Positions 50,471-59,978 of a stretch of DNA of 64,000 nt are shown one piece after another (position 1 is the stretch's first letter; every line of letters begins with the position of its first letter). The DNA is from Negativicutes bacterium (lineage in GTDB: Bacteria > Bacillota > Negativicutes > JBAXTZ01), in assembly GCA_041666525.1 (NCBI GenBank), contig JBAYGT010000002.1:139975-203974 (forward strand), written 5' to 3'. Under the pieces are notes generated by a model. The model worked only from the letters and a program-made list of their open reading frames with translations. It searched no databases and was not told the origin of the DNA. The position numbers and the translations under genes are program-made.

Positions 50471-52657
50471 CTATTTCGAGCGCAACTTTTCCACTAAACA
50501 ACTCGCCACATGAATGCCTTTTGTGCCACGGCCAAAGCCTGCATCCATACCGCTGTCAATAGCGATTTCGTTAGTTACCTGAGTACCGCCAGCGACAATA
50601 ATTAATTTATCACGCACTCCTTTTTCACGGGCATATTGATCGATTTTTCGCATATTGTCCCGATGAACATCAGAATGGGAAATAATTGTGCTGATTAATA
50701 CCGCATCAGCGCCTTCTTCAATTGCCGCATCAATTAATTTATTTACAGGCACCGATGTACCTAAATACGAATATTTTATTCCAAACCCTTCGATGCCGCC
50801 ATGTTTAATGTCCAATATTTCCAACAAACCAACCGAATGCTCATCTTGTCCGACCGTTCCGGCAACGACCTTGAGTTGATGCTCTGCAGCATAGGCGCGA
50901 ATTTCATTTTCGCTGATGATTTTTGGCAGTGGCGGAATTGTTAATTGCGAGGGATCGATGGCAAATGGTACTTTTCCCTTCAATTCAATCAATGTGCCTT
51001 CAGCCGGATGCATAACTTGTTTATTGATAACTTCAACATCAAGTAATCCTAAACGCTGTGCTATTTCCATCGCGCCGAACTCAGCAATACGCTCGGCAGT
51101 TGGTAAAAACATTGTCATGCTGACCAAACCGTCATTTTGCCACTGAACCTCCGGGCGCAACAAACCTAGCTTTGATTCCTTTGAAGCTTCCGTCATTCTG
51201 ATATTGACATTATCGTTCTCATCGATTTCATCTACAAAGACAATTTTTTCCGGTTTTTCAAAAGTGCAGCCGCCGATAAGATCACAAGCGTGGCTGATGC
51301 CATTCGGTAAATTATTCTGTCCAAAATGATTGCAAACCGGAGCTAAATAATCACTATCACGTTCTACGATCGTGTTTGCGCCGATCCCACCGGCAATATT
51401 ACGAATAATGCCATCGCCATTACGTTCCGGATAAAATCCGGAATCGACAAAGAAACCATTCTGGACCGCGGTGAAATAGCCACCTGTAGCAATGATTTCT
51501 TCCATGTACAATATGGCACGCTCTTTCAGCTCGCGTATTTTCTCGCCAAGCTCGCCATCACGGTTGAGGCTGATATAATCCATCAACGAATCAGTACCAA
51601 CTAATGTTTGCTTTGCAGTATTTACGCCATTAATATTGTTATAATGCCACGGCACGTTACGGCCTTCATCCGGGGTAATTGTGCTTTGAATGTCAGCACT
51701 CGTCATTCGTGACAAAAGCGCATTCAAAGTATGCGTAACCGTTACCTCACGCGTGCAAGATTCCATATATTTGGTATTCATTTGCGCACGCATTTTGTAC
51801 TCATCAAACAAATCGCGCAACGCAACAGCATATGGCAAATCCAGCGACATACACGGTGCCGGTGGCGCAGTCGGCGGTACGGTAGAAAGACAGATATTTT
51901 CTTTTTTCATACCGATTTTTGCTGAAAACATACTATTGATAGCATGTTGCACCATCAACTCCGGCATAACTTTCCAAGCCTGACGGGCGGTTGCATTCGC
52001 GTTATGTGCCCCGTCAATTTGTGCCATGTCATAGGCCGTCATGATCGTTTTCGCTTCAGCAGCATCAACAAATGATCGCAACATATTAATGTTACGGTAT
52101 AGAACATTATACTGGGGATCCTGATGCGCACCGTTTACCCCTTCTTCTCCCTGCAACACTGCCATCTCCGGGCCAGCAACGCCGGAAATGTAACTGTGAA
52201 AATTAATTTCTCGTCCGACCTCTTCTTCAATAAGATCAAGCGCCTTCCGCGAAGCTCGTAATTGCTTGCGCGTAATCGGAACACCGCCAATTCCTTCCGG
52301 TGATCCTTCAATTAAACCGTCAAAATGCGACTGTCCGGCAGTACGAATAACCATTATATGATCTGCGCCATGCCAAGCTGCCATCCTCATGCGGCGTATA
52401 TCATCTTCAAACCTGCCGGATGCAATTTCTGTAGTAATACAGCAGTCTGGCTGTGGATCAATGCCGTCAAAATATTTTGCTGCCGGCAACGGAATTGACT
52501 GTTCCAAATTTTCTGACATTTGCTTAAAAACAAACGGTCCAATCTTAGCATTGGGTGTTTTCTTGCGCCAATGCCAGCCACGGCGCTTGGGACGATAATT
52601 TTCCAGTCCTTCAAGCAATTGCTCAACATCAAGTTTTTCATTAGCTTTGAGTTTCAT
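50471..52657 (-). CDS. oraE: D-ornithine 4,5-aminomutase, large (B12/PLP-binding) subunit
   Basis: ~728 aa. C-terminal cobalamin-binding domain with the DxHxxG motif (QDEHSVGLLEILD). Overall OraE-like. GGAAGGGG RBS. One-nucleotide spacing from the oraS stop. Confidence 0.8.
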   Translation of the reverse strand: MKLKANEKLDVEQLLEGLENYRPKRRGWHWRKKTPNAKIGPFVFKQMSENLEQSIPLPAAKYFDGIDPQPDCCITTEIASGRFEDDIRRMRMAAWHGADHIMVIRTAGQSHFDGLIEGSPEGIGGVPITRKQLRASRKALDLIEEEVGREINFHSYISGVAGPEMAVLQGEEGVNGAHQDPQYNVLYRNINMLRSFVDAAEAKTIMTAYDMAQIDGAHNANATARQAWKVMPELMVQHAINSMFSAKIGMKKENICLSTVPPTAPPAPCMSLDLPYAVALRDLFDEYKMRAQMNTKYMESCTREVTVTHTLNALLSRMTSADIQSTITPDEGRNVPWHYNNINGVNTAKQTLVGTDSLMDYISLNRDGELGEKIRELKERAILYMEEIIATGGYFTAVQNGFFVDSGFYPERNGDGIIRNIAGGIGANTIVERDSDYLAPVCNHFGQNNLPNGISHACDLIGGCTFEKPEKIVFVDEIDENDNVNIRMTEASKESKLGLLRPEVQWQNDGLVSMTMFLPTAERIAEFGAMEIAQRLGLLDVEVINKQVMHPAEGTLIELKGKVPFAIDPSQLTIPPLPKIISENEIRAYAAEHQLKVVAGTVGQDEHSVGLLEILDIKHGGIEGFGIKYSYLGTSVPVNKLIDAAIEEGADAVLISTIISHSDVHRDNMRKIDQYAREKGVRDKLIIVAGGTQVTNEIAIDSGMDAGFGRGTKGIHVASCLVEKLRSK

Positions 52658-52658
52658 T

Positions 52659-53024
52659 TCAATTATTCCCCTTCCGCCATACTGCTTGAAGCTCGGTCCA
52701 ACCGTCACCAACGGCTAACAACGCTCCTGCTGCCGAATAGTCGCAATTGCGCAATTCTGCAAGCTTTAATATGCAATGTCCTGCACCTTTGCCAAGAAGA
52801 TTGTGCTCGAGGCAACGATTGACTATTTCTTTGGATTCCGCACTTGAAAATCCCATTCGCATTAGTACTGAACGTTCGATCGATGGCGAAGTGTGGCTTT
52901 TGGCAACCGCAATCATTGGGGCAACTATTGTTTCAGCCAGCTCCCAAAAGCGGTTTTTTAATTGCTCATCAGTTAATGCTCCAAGTATTGTCCGGCGTTT
53001 TGTAAAATCATCGTTTCTTTGCAT
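52659..53024 (-). CDS. oraS: D-ornithine 4,5-aminomutase, small subunit
   Basis: 121 aa, the expected OraS size, immediately upstream of and coupled to oraE. Confidence 0.7.
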   Translation of the reverse strand: MQRNDDFTKRRTILGALTDEQLKNRFWELAETIVAPMIAVAKSHTSPSIERSVLMRMGFSSAESKEIVNRCLEHNLLGKGAGHCILKLAELRNCDYSAAGALLAVGDGWTELQAVWRKGNN

Positions 53025-53038
53025 AATTTCTCTCCATA

Positions 53039-54445
53039 TTATTTATGTGATAATTCAAAAATAGTTTTCTCGACATCCGCAACGGACTGCTTGGTTTCTG
53101 CAGCAACATATTCCAATTCAGCTAGTGTTAATTCAGATGATTGTACAAGGATATTTTTGATGTACGATGTACGCAACTTTGTCATTGAAAAATCTATTAC
53201 ACGAATCATATTTGGATGGTCAGGAATGATAATGTTTTTGCCTGGGATACTGTCTCTTGGGTTACCAACGCTGACATCGATACCATTTTGCTTGGCAAAA
53301 GTAAGTTGCGGTCCAGGGCTTTTGCCGGCACCGGTATATTCAGTTTCCTGCACGACCAATATTTGGTCGCTGTCCATTTCCTGTGCCAAAACAAACGCCG
53401 CCGCGAGTGAAGTGTTACCTGCCGGTCCGCGTTCCAATCCTTCAAGCTGTGCCAGCATCTCTGTGGTGTAAAACACTTCACCTTGAGTTATTAAAACATA
53501 GCGATCCATGTAACGCAACGATCGTGCAGCATTACGCGGCACATCGGCTCGATCTGGCATCGTCGCAAATGGAACGCCAAAACCAGTGTGCCCTGTCGTA
53601 AATGACTTTTTGTTGAAATCAATATCACTAGCCATATGCAGCCCTTTCAAATCAACACTGGCAGCGATGATTTTAGTATCCGCGCAACCGGCTTTGATCA
53701 ATCCGCGCGCCGTACCGGTAACGTTTCCGCCACCGGCGTGAGTTACGACCACTGCGTCTGGCATGCGCCCGGTACGGGCGATAACCTGCTCCGCCAATTC
53801 ATAGCCTAGTGTCTCCACACCAGCAATCCCAAACGGAGTATATAATGAAGCGTTGAAAAAACCGGTTTCTTCCAATACTAACAAATATTTATAAAACAAT
53901 TCTGGTCCGACCGATAACTGCATAACTTCGGCGCCGTAGGCTTCACAAACGCGGCCTTTTTCTTCGATTTCCGGCTGATTAACGCCCTGGCTGTCAAATA
54001 CTTCCTGACAAATAATCGCTTTTAAACCACGCATCGCTGCCTGCGATGCTACCGCTGCACCATAGTTTCCTGACGTTGCCGAGGCAATGCCGCTGTATCC
54101 GAGTCTTTTGGCGTGAAATGCCGACACCGCCGCGCGTCGTGCTTTGAAACTGCCAGAGGGGTTACAAGCTTCATCTTTGACAAAAATTCGCGCACCTTTT
54201 CCCGGTTTGCTGAAAAAACGCGCTAGCGCCGTAATGTTCTTTAACTCCAGCAACGGCGTATTTCCGACACCAACATCAGCTTGAATATCTTGAATTTCTT
54301 TGAGCGAATATCCGGCTTCACGCATCATCATTTCATAATCAAATGCCACACCTGCCTGCTCAAACAGTGAGTAATCAACAGCAGTCGATTGTTTCATGAT
54401 TTGAGGCTTTCGTTGCATTACGGCTGAGTAACTGTTATCAGACAT
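53039..54445 (-). CDS. ortB: 2-amino-4-ketopentanoate thiolase, beta subunit (PLP)
   Basis: ~468 aa fold-type II PLP enzyme. NPSGSFKARRA with the PLP lysine. GAGGTGG RBS. Overlaps the ortA stop. Confidence 0.75.
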   Translation of the reverse strand: MSDNSYSAVMQRKPQIMKQSTAVDYSLFEQAGVAFDYEMMMREAGYSLKEIQDIQADVGVGNTPLLELKNITALARFFSKPGKGARIFVKDEACNPSGSFKARRAAVSAFHAKRLGYSGIASATSGNYGAAVASQAAMRGLKAIICQEVFDSQGVNQPEIEEKGRVCEAYGAEVMQLSVGPELFYKYLLVLEETGFFNASLYTPFGIAGVETLGYELAEQVIARTGRMPDAVVVTHAGGGNVTGTARGLIKAGCADTKIIAASVDLKGLHMASDIDFNKKSFTTGHTGFGVPFATMPDRADVPRNAARSLRYMDRYVLITQGEVFYTTEMLAQLEGLERGPAGNTSLAAAFVLAQEMDSDQILVVQETEYTGAGKSPGPQLTFAKQNGIDVSVGNPRDSIPGKNIIIPDHPNMIRVIDFSMTKLRTSYIKNILVQSSELTLAELEYVAAETKQSVADVEKTIFELSHK

Positions 54446-54752
54446 TTTTGCCACCTCGCAAAATTTTCCGTAATTGAACGCCAATACCGAGTAACTCCGG
54501 TTGTGGCATACCAAAATCATGATTATATTTCGGCATAATCGCAATCATTTTTCCAGATATTTCCCGCTCTGCCAAAGTCAAAACCGTAACTTCGTCGCCC
54601 AAATTAGCCGTCACGTTTCTAAGAAAACCTTTAGTCTTCATAATCATTGGCACGGCAGCCGTTTCTGCAGGCACCTGCGGCGCACGTTCGCCAACAGCTA
54701 AAACAGTGTTTTCTATTTGCACCCAAGCGCCTTTTTTTGCAAAATTAATCAT
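54438..54752 (-). CDS. ortA: 2-amino-4-ketopentanoate thiolase, alpha subunit
   Basis: 104 aa, the expected OrtA size, directly upstream of and overlapping ortB. Confidence 0.65.
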   Translation of the reverse strand: MINFAKKGAWVQIENTVLAVGERAPQVPAETAAVPMIMKTKGFLRNVTANLGDEVTVLTLAEREISGKMIAIMPKYNHDFGMPQPELLGIGVQLRKILRGGKNV

Positions 54753-54789
54753 ACAACTTTCCTCTTGTTTTGTTGGATTTATTTTATCC

Positions 54790-54822
54790 GCAAAAACGGC
54801 AGAAAGCTTTTGACTCTCTGCC
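54790..54822 (-). terminator. Intra-operon hairpin (possible attenuator) between ord and ortA
   Basis: aacggcaga-(13 nt)-tctgccgtt, followed on the minus strand by TTTTGC. Confidence 0.4.
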
Positions 54823-54839
54823 GTTAATTTATTTTCTAT

Positions 54840-55898
54840 CTAGCAGCACTCACCACTGCCGTGATTAATTTTTATCCGATAATCTCCCATTATTGCCGAA
54901 ATCACCGGCAAATCCATCATGGTTTTCAACCCTGGTTCAGCATTAATAATTTGCGGGATCATATTTATCGCAGTTGCCATCGTGCCTTTTCCACCCGGAC
55001 ATTCCGGTTTGTTGGCAAATTGCATATTCGGGTCACCATGCACCCAGATGTAGTCGCCAGTATCGACCCCTTCGAGATGCGGGTGGATTTGTTGCGGATG
55101 CTCCAATTCAATAATAAGTTTACCAGCCTTGTCATAAGCTTTGGCGCAATGGCGACAACCAGCAACCATACCTGGCTGAACTTTAACACATGGAGTTTCA
55201 CGATACACGTTACTAATGATCGGCTCACGGGTTTCATCAATACGCGCTATTTCCCAGCCGATAGCTTCAGCGATCATTCGCGCCGACTGTTGAAAGCCAA
55301 TGTGGCCGACAATTGCTCCGCATGCAACACCACTCATAAATTCTTCAACAGTAGCACCCACGCCTTGCGTCTTCATAACGGTTGGTCCAAACGGCGAAAG
55401 ATCGTTAATTCGCGCCGCTTTTACACTGTCAACTCGCAGACAACCACCAGATACCGCAGCAACCAGCATATCCATCATAAAGCCCGGGTTAACACCGGTA
55501 CCTAATACCGAAACGCCGTTGGCACGCGCCGCCTCATCAATACGAGCGGCTAATTCAGGATCAGTAGCTTGCGGATAGGACATTTCCTCAGCAATCGTTA
55601 CAACATTTTTTCCACAATCACAACATAAAATAATTTCTTCATACACAGTTTTTACAAAACTGTCGGTCGAATGCAAAACTACATCCGCTACAGTATTAAC
55701 CAACACATCGGCCGGGTCACCGCTAATGATCACGCCGATTTTTCCAACACCGAGCGTTTCACCCAGATCTTTGCCGATTTTCGCAGGGTTTTTACCGATA
55801 GCACCAACGATTTCCACGCCACTTCGTTCCAACAGGGCTTTCGCCATGCCGCTACCCATGTTTCCCAACCCCCACATGATTACCCGTACTTTGTTCAT
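54840..55898 (-). CDS. ord: 2,4-diaminopentanoate dehydrogenase
   Basis: 352 aa with the MWGLGNMGSG Rossmann N-terminus. DapB-like fold of the expected size for Ord. Lies within the ornithine cluster. Confidence 0.7.
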   Translation of the reverse strand: MNKVRVIMWGLGNMGSGMAKALLERSGVEIVGAIGKNPAKIGKDLGETLGVGKIGVIISGDPADVLVNTVADVVLHSTDSFVKTVYEEIILCCDCGKNVVTIAEEMSYPQATDPELAARIDEAARANGVSVLGTGVNPGFMMDMLVAAVSGGCLRVDSVKAARINDLSPFGPTVMKTQGVGATVEEFMSGVACGAIVGHIGFQQSARMIAEAIGWEIARIDETREPIISNVYRETPCVKVQPGMVAGCRHCAKAYDKAGKLIIELEHPQQIHPHLEGVDTGDYIWVHGDPNMQFANKPECPGGKGTMATAINMIPQIINAEPGLKTMMDLPVISAIMGDYRIKINHGSGECC

Positions 55899-55919
55899 TT
55901 TTTTCTCCTCGCCAAATTT

Positions 55920-56993
55920 TTATTGTTCAATATAGTATTTCGCCACATATGGCGAAAGCATCGCATAAATAAAAGCCGCATAACTTACTGAAAAATCTAC
56001 CGTATCACCTAATTTCAAATATGGAACCGCTTCGACATCGCAAATTAAATGGTCGCTGCTGCCACCGAGCACTTCCACACCGGGTACCCGCGGCTGTAAT
56101 CCTTCGACATCGATATCCAGTTTTCCGATTGCGCAAATTGCTCGGCGGCGAACGCCGCGGTCAGCGAAATGCGGCACCTGACCAAAAGCGTCCTGGGCGA
56201 TTTCACCATACGGCAACGATGGTTTGCGAATGAGCTCAACAATTTCTGCCCGCAGCGTGACTGCATCAATATTGGCGCCGGGAATAGCCTGCCGAGTTAA
56301 AGTTTCCTTACCGAGTAACAGACATTCACCCAATCGCAACTGATTTATCCCGTCAGGAATTCCGTCATTGAATAGCAAGTTGACATTCGCCGAATTGCCG
56401 CCGGAAACAATTGTCAACTGCTTATTGAGTTGAGATTCAATCGCAGTTTTAAGTTCCAGTAATTGCAACAGTTTGGCGCCGGTGGGCGCGACACCACCGA
56501 AACAGGCAAAATTTGCGCCGATACCCACCAATTCAACATGTTCAAGCTGATCGATCAACTTGGCTATACTCAACGCGTTTTCCGGCAAAACTCCTTCGCG
56601 CAAATCACCTAAATCAATCATCAATATCAATTTGAGCGCTATACTATTTTTGGCATTTGCCTCGCTGATTAGTCGGGCTGTTACAGGCTCAGATATCAAA
56701 CAATAATCAACAGTGGCTACCAACGCTGCTACTTCAGATGCCATTGGTATTCGCAACAACATATATTCAGCGACAATATTCGCTGCGCGCATTCTTGCAA
56801 TGTTGTCCAGCCGTGAATCACCAAGAACAGTTATTCCGCTATTTACATAAACATTGGCTAACCGCGGTTCACCATCAAATGCCTTAGTTACTCCTACAAT
56901 ACTAATTCCACGTTTTTGGCAATTATCCTGCAAAAGTTTGCAATTTTCACCAATTTTTCGCAGATTGATTATTAAGCACGGATTACTCAACAT
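55920..56993 (-). CDS. orr: Ornithine racemase (PLP, alanine-racemase-fold)
   Basis: 357 aa. Alanine-racemase N-terminal-like TIM barrel with a VGVTKAFDG block containing the PLP lysine. Confidence 0.7.
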   Translation of the reverse strand: MLSNPCLIINLRKIGENCKLLQDNCQKRGISIVGVTKAFDGEPRLANVYVNSGITVLGDSRLDNIARMRAANIVAEYMLLRIPMASEVAALVATVDYCLISEPVTARLISEANAKNSIALKLILMIDLGDLREGVLPENALSIAKLIDQLEHVELVGIGANFACFGGVAPTGAKLLQLLELKTAIESQLNKQLTIVSGGNSANVNLLFNDGIPDGINQLRLGECLLLGKETLTRQAIPGANIDAVTLRAEIVELIRKPSLPYGEIAQDAFGQVPHFADRGVRRRAICAIGKLDIDVEGLQPRVPGVEVLGGSSDHLICDVEAVPYLKLGDTVDFSVSYAAFIYAMLSPYVAKYYIEQ

Positions 56994-57202
56994 TCACCTA
57001 TCCTTTTTACGACAAACGGTAAATTATCGACGATTAATTCTACTTCGGCAATAGTGTCAGGTGTGCAACGAATAAAAACCATTCCGCTTTTGCTGTCAAC
57101 AGTTGTGAGCGTTCCTAAATGTGAATAACCTTCTATAATTCGATTGAAAAAATTGATATTTTCTGGCGATACGAACAATTTTATTATGCACTCCACACTC
57201 AT
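56987..57202 (-). CDS. Small conserved hypothetical protein (71 aa) downstream of the U32 peptidase
   Basis: Overlaps both neighbours by 4-7 nt, suggesting translational coupling. I recall similar small ORFs next to U32 genes, but this is unverified. Confidence 0.4.
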   Translation of the reverse strand: MSVECIIKLFVSPENINFFNRIIEGYSHLGTLTTVDSKSGMVFIRCTPDTIAEVELIVDNLPFVVKRIGEC

Positions 57203-58416
57203 AGCGCTCGTCTCATTAACGTGTTTGGTTCTACTGAATGCTCAACGCGGACTGTGAAAATTTGTTGCGGGTGCGGAGCTACATGGATAGGTTGTCCGAT
57301 GTCGTCATACATTTCCAACAGTGTTTGTGAAAAGGTTGGTCCATTCGGTTGAAAAAACTCGACCGTTTCGCCGCGTTTAATATTATTGCGTTGTTCAATA
57401 GTTGCAAATCCGCTAGTAATATCATAATTCAAAACGATACCGACAAAATCATGTGATTGCTGATAGGATGAATTGTCGTATATCTGCCCGGCTGCGCCTG
57501 GATTGTCAAAGTAAAAACCGTTACTGTATTCACGATGTGATATTTTGTTCAACTCTGACAACAGCTGAACGGCAAATGCGTCGTCATACTTACCGTTGTA
57601 GTAAGCGTCAATAGCGCGGCGGTAAGCGTTGGTAACGGTCGCAACATAATAGGCACTCTTCATCCGGCCTTCAATTTTAAATGAATAAATACCACTATTG
57701 ATGAGCGCTGGAATATGTTCAATCATACACAGATCGCGCGAATTAAAAATATAAGTTCCGCGTTCATCTTCCGTAACTGGAAAATATTGTCCCGGCCGCT
57801 GTTCCTCAACAAGGCTATATTTCCAACGACATGGTTGAGTGCAACCACCGCGGTTAGAATCACGACCGGTAAGATAATTGCTCAGCAGACAGCGCCCGGA
57901 ATAGGACACACACATCGCTCCATGCACAAAACATTCAATATTCATAGTAGTTTTGGCGCAAATAACAGTAATTTCATCGAGTGTTAGTTCACGTGCCATA
58001 ACAACTCGCTCAGCACCAAGCTGCTGCCACAATTCTACGGCAGCGTAGTTAACGGTGTTAGCCTGAGTGCTGATATGAATCGGTAAATTCGGTGTAACCG
58101 AGCGTGCTATCAACATCACACCTGGATCAGCAACAATAATCGCATCCACTCCAAAACTTTCAAGTTTCCGCAAATATTCCGGCAATTCTTCTAGTTCATT
58201 ATTGCGTAAATAAGCGTTAACTGTTACATAAACCAGCTTCTCCATGCTGTGTGCAAAAGCAAGTCCTTCGATAAAATCAGCATCATTAAAATTATCGCTA
58301 TATGCACGCAACCCAAATTGTTTTCCACCAATATAAACAGCGTCGGCTCCAAATAAACATGCAAATTTGAGTTTTTCCAGATTTCCCGCCGGCGCAAGCA
58401 GCTCAACTTTATTCAT
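57199..58416 (-). CDS. Peptidase U32 family protein (YrrN/YrrO-, RlhA-like)
   Basis: VELLAPAGNLEKLKFA...GADAVYIGG and E...C cysteine-rich U32 signatures. 405 aa. Confidence 0.85.
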   Translation of the reverse strand: MNKVELLAPAGNLEKLKFACLFGADAVYIGGKQFGLRAYSDNFNDADFIEGLAFAHSMEKLVYVTVNAYLRNNELEELPEYLRKLESFGVDAIIVADPGVMLIARSVTPNLPIHISTQANTVNYAAVELWQQLGAERVVMARELTLDEITVICAKTTMNIECFVHGAMCVSYSGRCLLSNYLTGRDSNRGGCTQPCRWKYSLVEEQRPGQYFPVTEDERGTYIFNSRDLCMIEHIPALINSGIYSFKIEGRMKSAYYVATVTNAYRRAIDAYYNGKYDDAFAVQLLSELNKISHREYSNGFYFDNPGAAGQIYDNSSYQQSHDFVGIVLNYDITSGFATIEQRNNIKRGETVEFFQPNGPTFSQTLLEMYDDIGQPIHVAPHPQQIFTVRVEHSVEPNTLMRRAL

Positions 58417-58441
58417 CTCATCTCTTCCGCAGCCGTTGCCG

Positions 58442-59491
58442 CTAATTATCTCCTCGGTTCATGTTTTGTTCATGCTCTTCATAGGTTTTGGCGAAATAAT
58501 GGCCGCCTTTGCCGTTGACAACAAAAAACAAATAATCGGTTTTTGCCGGATTAAGCACCGCTTTGATACATGCTAAACCGGGATTAGCAATCGGCCCTAC
58601 TGGAAGGCCATAGTTTTGATAAGTATTGTATGGTGAAGCTATTTGTGTATCATGTATTGACAAAACGTCTTTGTGCTCTGGCAAAACATACTGCACTGTT
58701 GCACAAGACTGCAATGGCATTTTTATTTTTAAGCGATTTAAAAATACGCTCGCCACTTCCGGGCGTTCATCTTTTAATTTTGCCTCGCGCTCAACTAAAG
58801 ACGCCATCGTCACGACATCATAAATCGACATATTTTCCTGGACTGCTTGCCGGCGTATTTTTTCATCGAATCGTCGATCGAACTCCCGCACCAGCCGTTT
58901 CAAAACATCAGTTGCCGGGGTCTTGGGCGCAAAATCATAAGTATCAGGAAATAAAAACCCTTCGCAAGCATACTTAACTTGCTGTCGTTTTTCGATATAA
59001 CTGTATGGCGCATAATTTTTGGCAAGTTCCAAAAACTGTTCACGGTTTTCAATAACGCCCTTATCGGCTAACAATTGGGCAATTTGCTCCACTGTGTAGC
59101 CTTCAGGAATTGTAATACCGTTTTCTGACATTTTACCCGACGCCAGAACATCTACAATGCTTTGCATCGACAACGATGAAGACAACAAATAAGTACCCAC
59201 CTTTAATTTGCTATCTAATCCTTCAATTTTTGCAAACAACTCGAATATTGTTTCGTTGCGAATCAAGCCTTTAGCTTTTAGTTCAACAGCAATTTCTCGT
59301 GCCGAACTACCTTCACGCACCGAGAACATTACCGCTGTCTGGTCATGATTCATCGGACTATTGAGAAATAAAAAACAAATCAGAGCAACTAAAATTAGCA
59401 TTCCAGAGCAAACTAAATATTTTTGTCGAACAAGATATTCGCACAACTGTTTTACACGAGGATGCGCACATAAATCGGCGAAATATTTCAT
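58442..59491 (-). CDS. mltG: Endolytic murein transglycosylase MltG (YceG)
   Basis: N-terminal TM helix, YceG-like domain. GAGGTG RBS before MKYFADL. The track ORF start at 59626 runs into rnpB. Confidence 0.85.
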   Translation of the reverse strand: MKYFADLCAHPRVKQLCEYLVRQKYLVCSGMLILVALICFLFLNSPMNHDQTAVMFSVREGSSAREIAVELKAKGLIRNETIFELFAKIEGLDSKLKVGTYLLSSSLSMQSIVDVLASGKMSENGITIPEGYTVEQIAQLLADKGVIENREQFLELAKNYAPYSYIEKRQQVKYACEGFLFPDTYDFAPKTPATDVLKRLVREFDRRFDEKIRRQAVQENMSIYDVVTMASLVEREAKLKDERPEVASVFLNRLKIKMPLQSCATVQYVLPEHKDVLSIHDTQIASPYNTYQNYGLPVGPIANPGLACIKAVLNPAKTDYLFFVVNGKGGHYFAKTYEEHEQNMNRGDN

Positions 59492-59505
59492 AAACACCTC
59501 TAACG

Positions 59506-59900
59506 TAAAATAGGACTGATATGGAATCAGTCCTATGCAAGCAATCATTAAGCCGAGTTTTGTCCTGCATAAGCAGTGATAATCATTTATCTCGACCACC
59601 TGTCGCCAGATGGCTCTAGCAGCCAACCCGGAAGGTCAGCGGACCGCGTCAACCCTTCCCTATTTGGCCTTGCTCCGAACGGGGTTTACCTAGCCAGTCG
59701 GTTGCCCGACTGCTGGTGCGCTCTTACCGCACCGTTCCACCCTTACCGGCATATAGCCGGCGGTACACATTTCTGTGGCACTTTCCCTAAGGTTTCCCTT
59801 GCCGGACGTTATCCGGCGTTCTGTCCTGTGGAGCTCGGACTTTCCTCAGTATTTCTACCGCGATTATCTTTCCTACTTGCAATGATATTCTAACACTTCC
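59506..59900 (-). ncRNA. rnpB: RNase P RNA, bacterial type A
   Basis: Minus-strand transcript contains GAGGAAAGUCCGAGCUCC (P4), GGUAAGGGUGGAACGGUGCGGUAAGAGCGCACC, GGAGCAAGGCCAAAUAGGG, GGCUGCUAGAGCCA and ACAAAACUCGGCUUA. These are near-identical to blocks of E. coli M1 RNA. A terminator hairpin lies at 59512-59534, and a TTGACT-17-TAGAAT promoter is upstream at ~59895-59925. Exact 5' and 3' ends are not determined. Confidence 0.85.
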
Positions 59901-59944
59901 TAAAAAAGTAGTCAAACAATGTTTCGAAACGGTTGATACAAAAA

Positions 59945-59975
59945 AAAGACAATTTCTGTTAAGAAATTGTCTGAA
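59945..59975 (-). terminator. Rho-independent terminator after fabK
   Basis: agacaatttct-taa-cagaaattgtct followed by a T8 run on the minus strand. Confidence 0.6.
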
Positions 59976-59978
59976 AAT

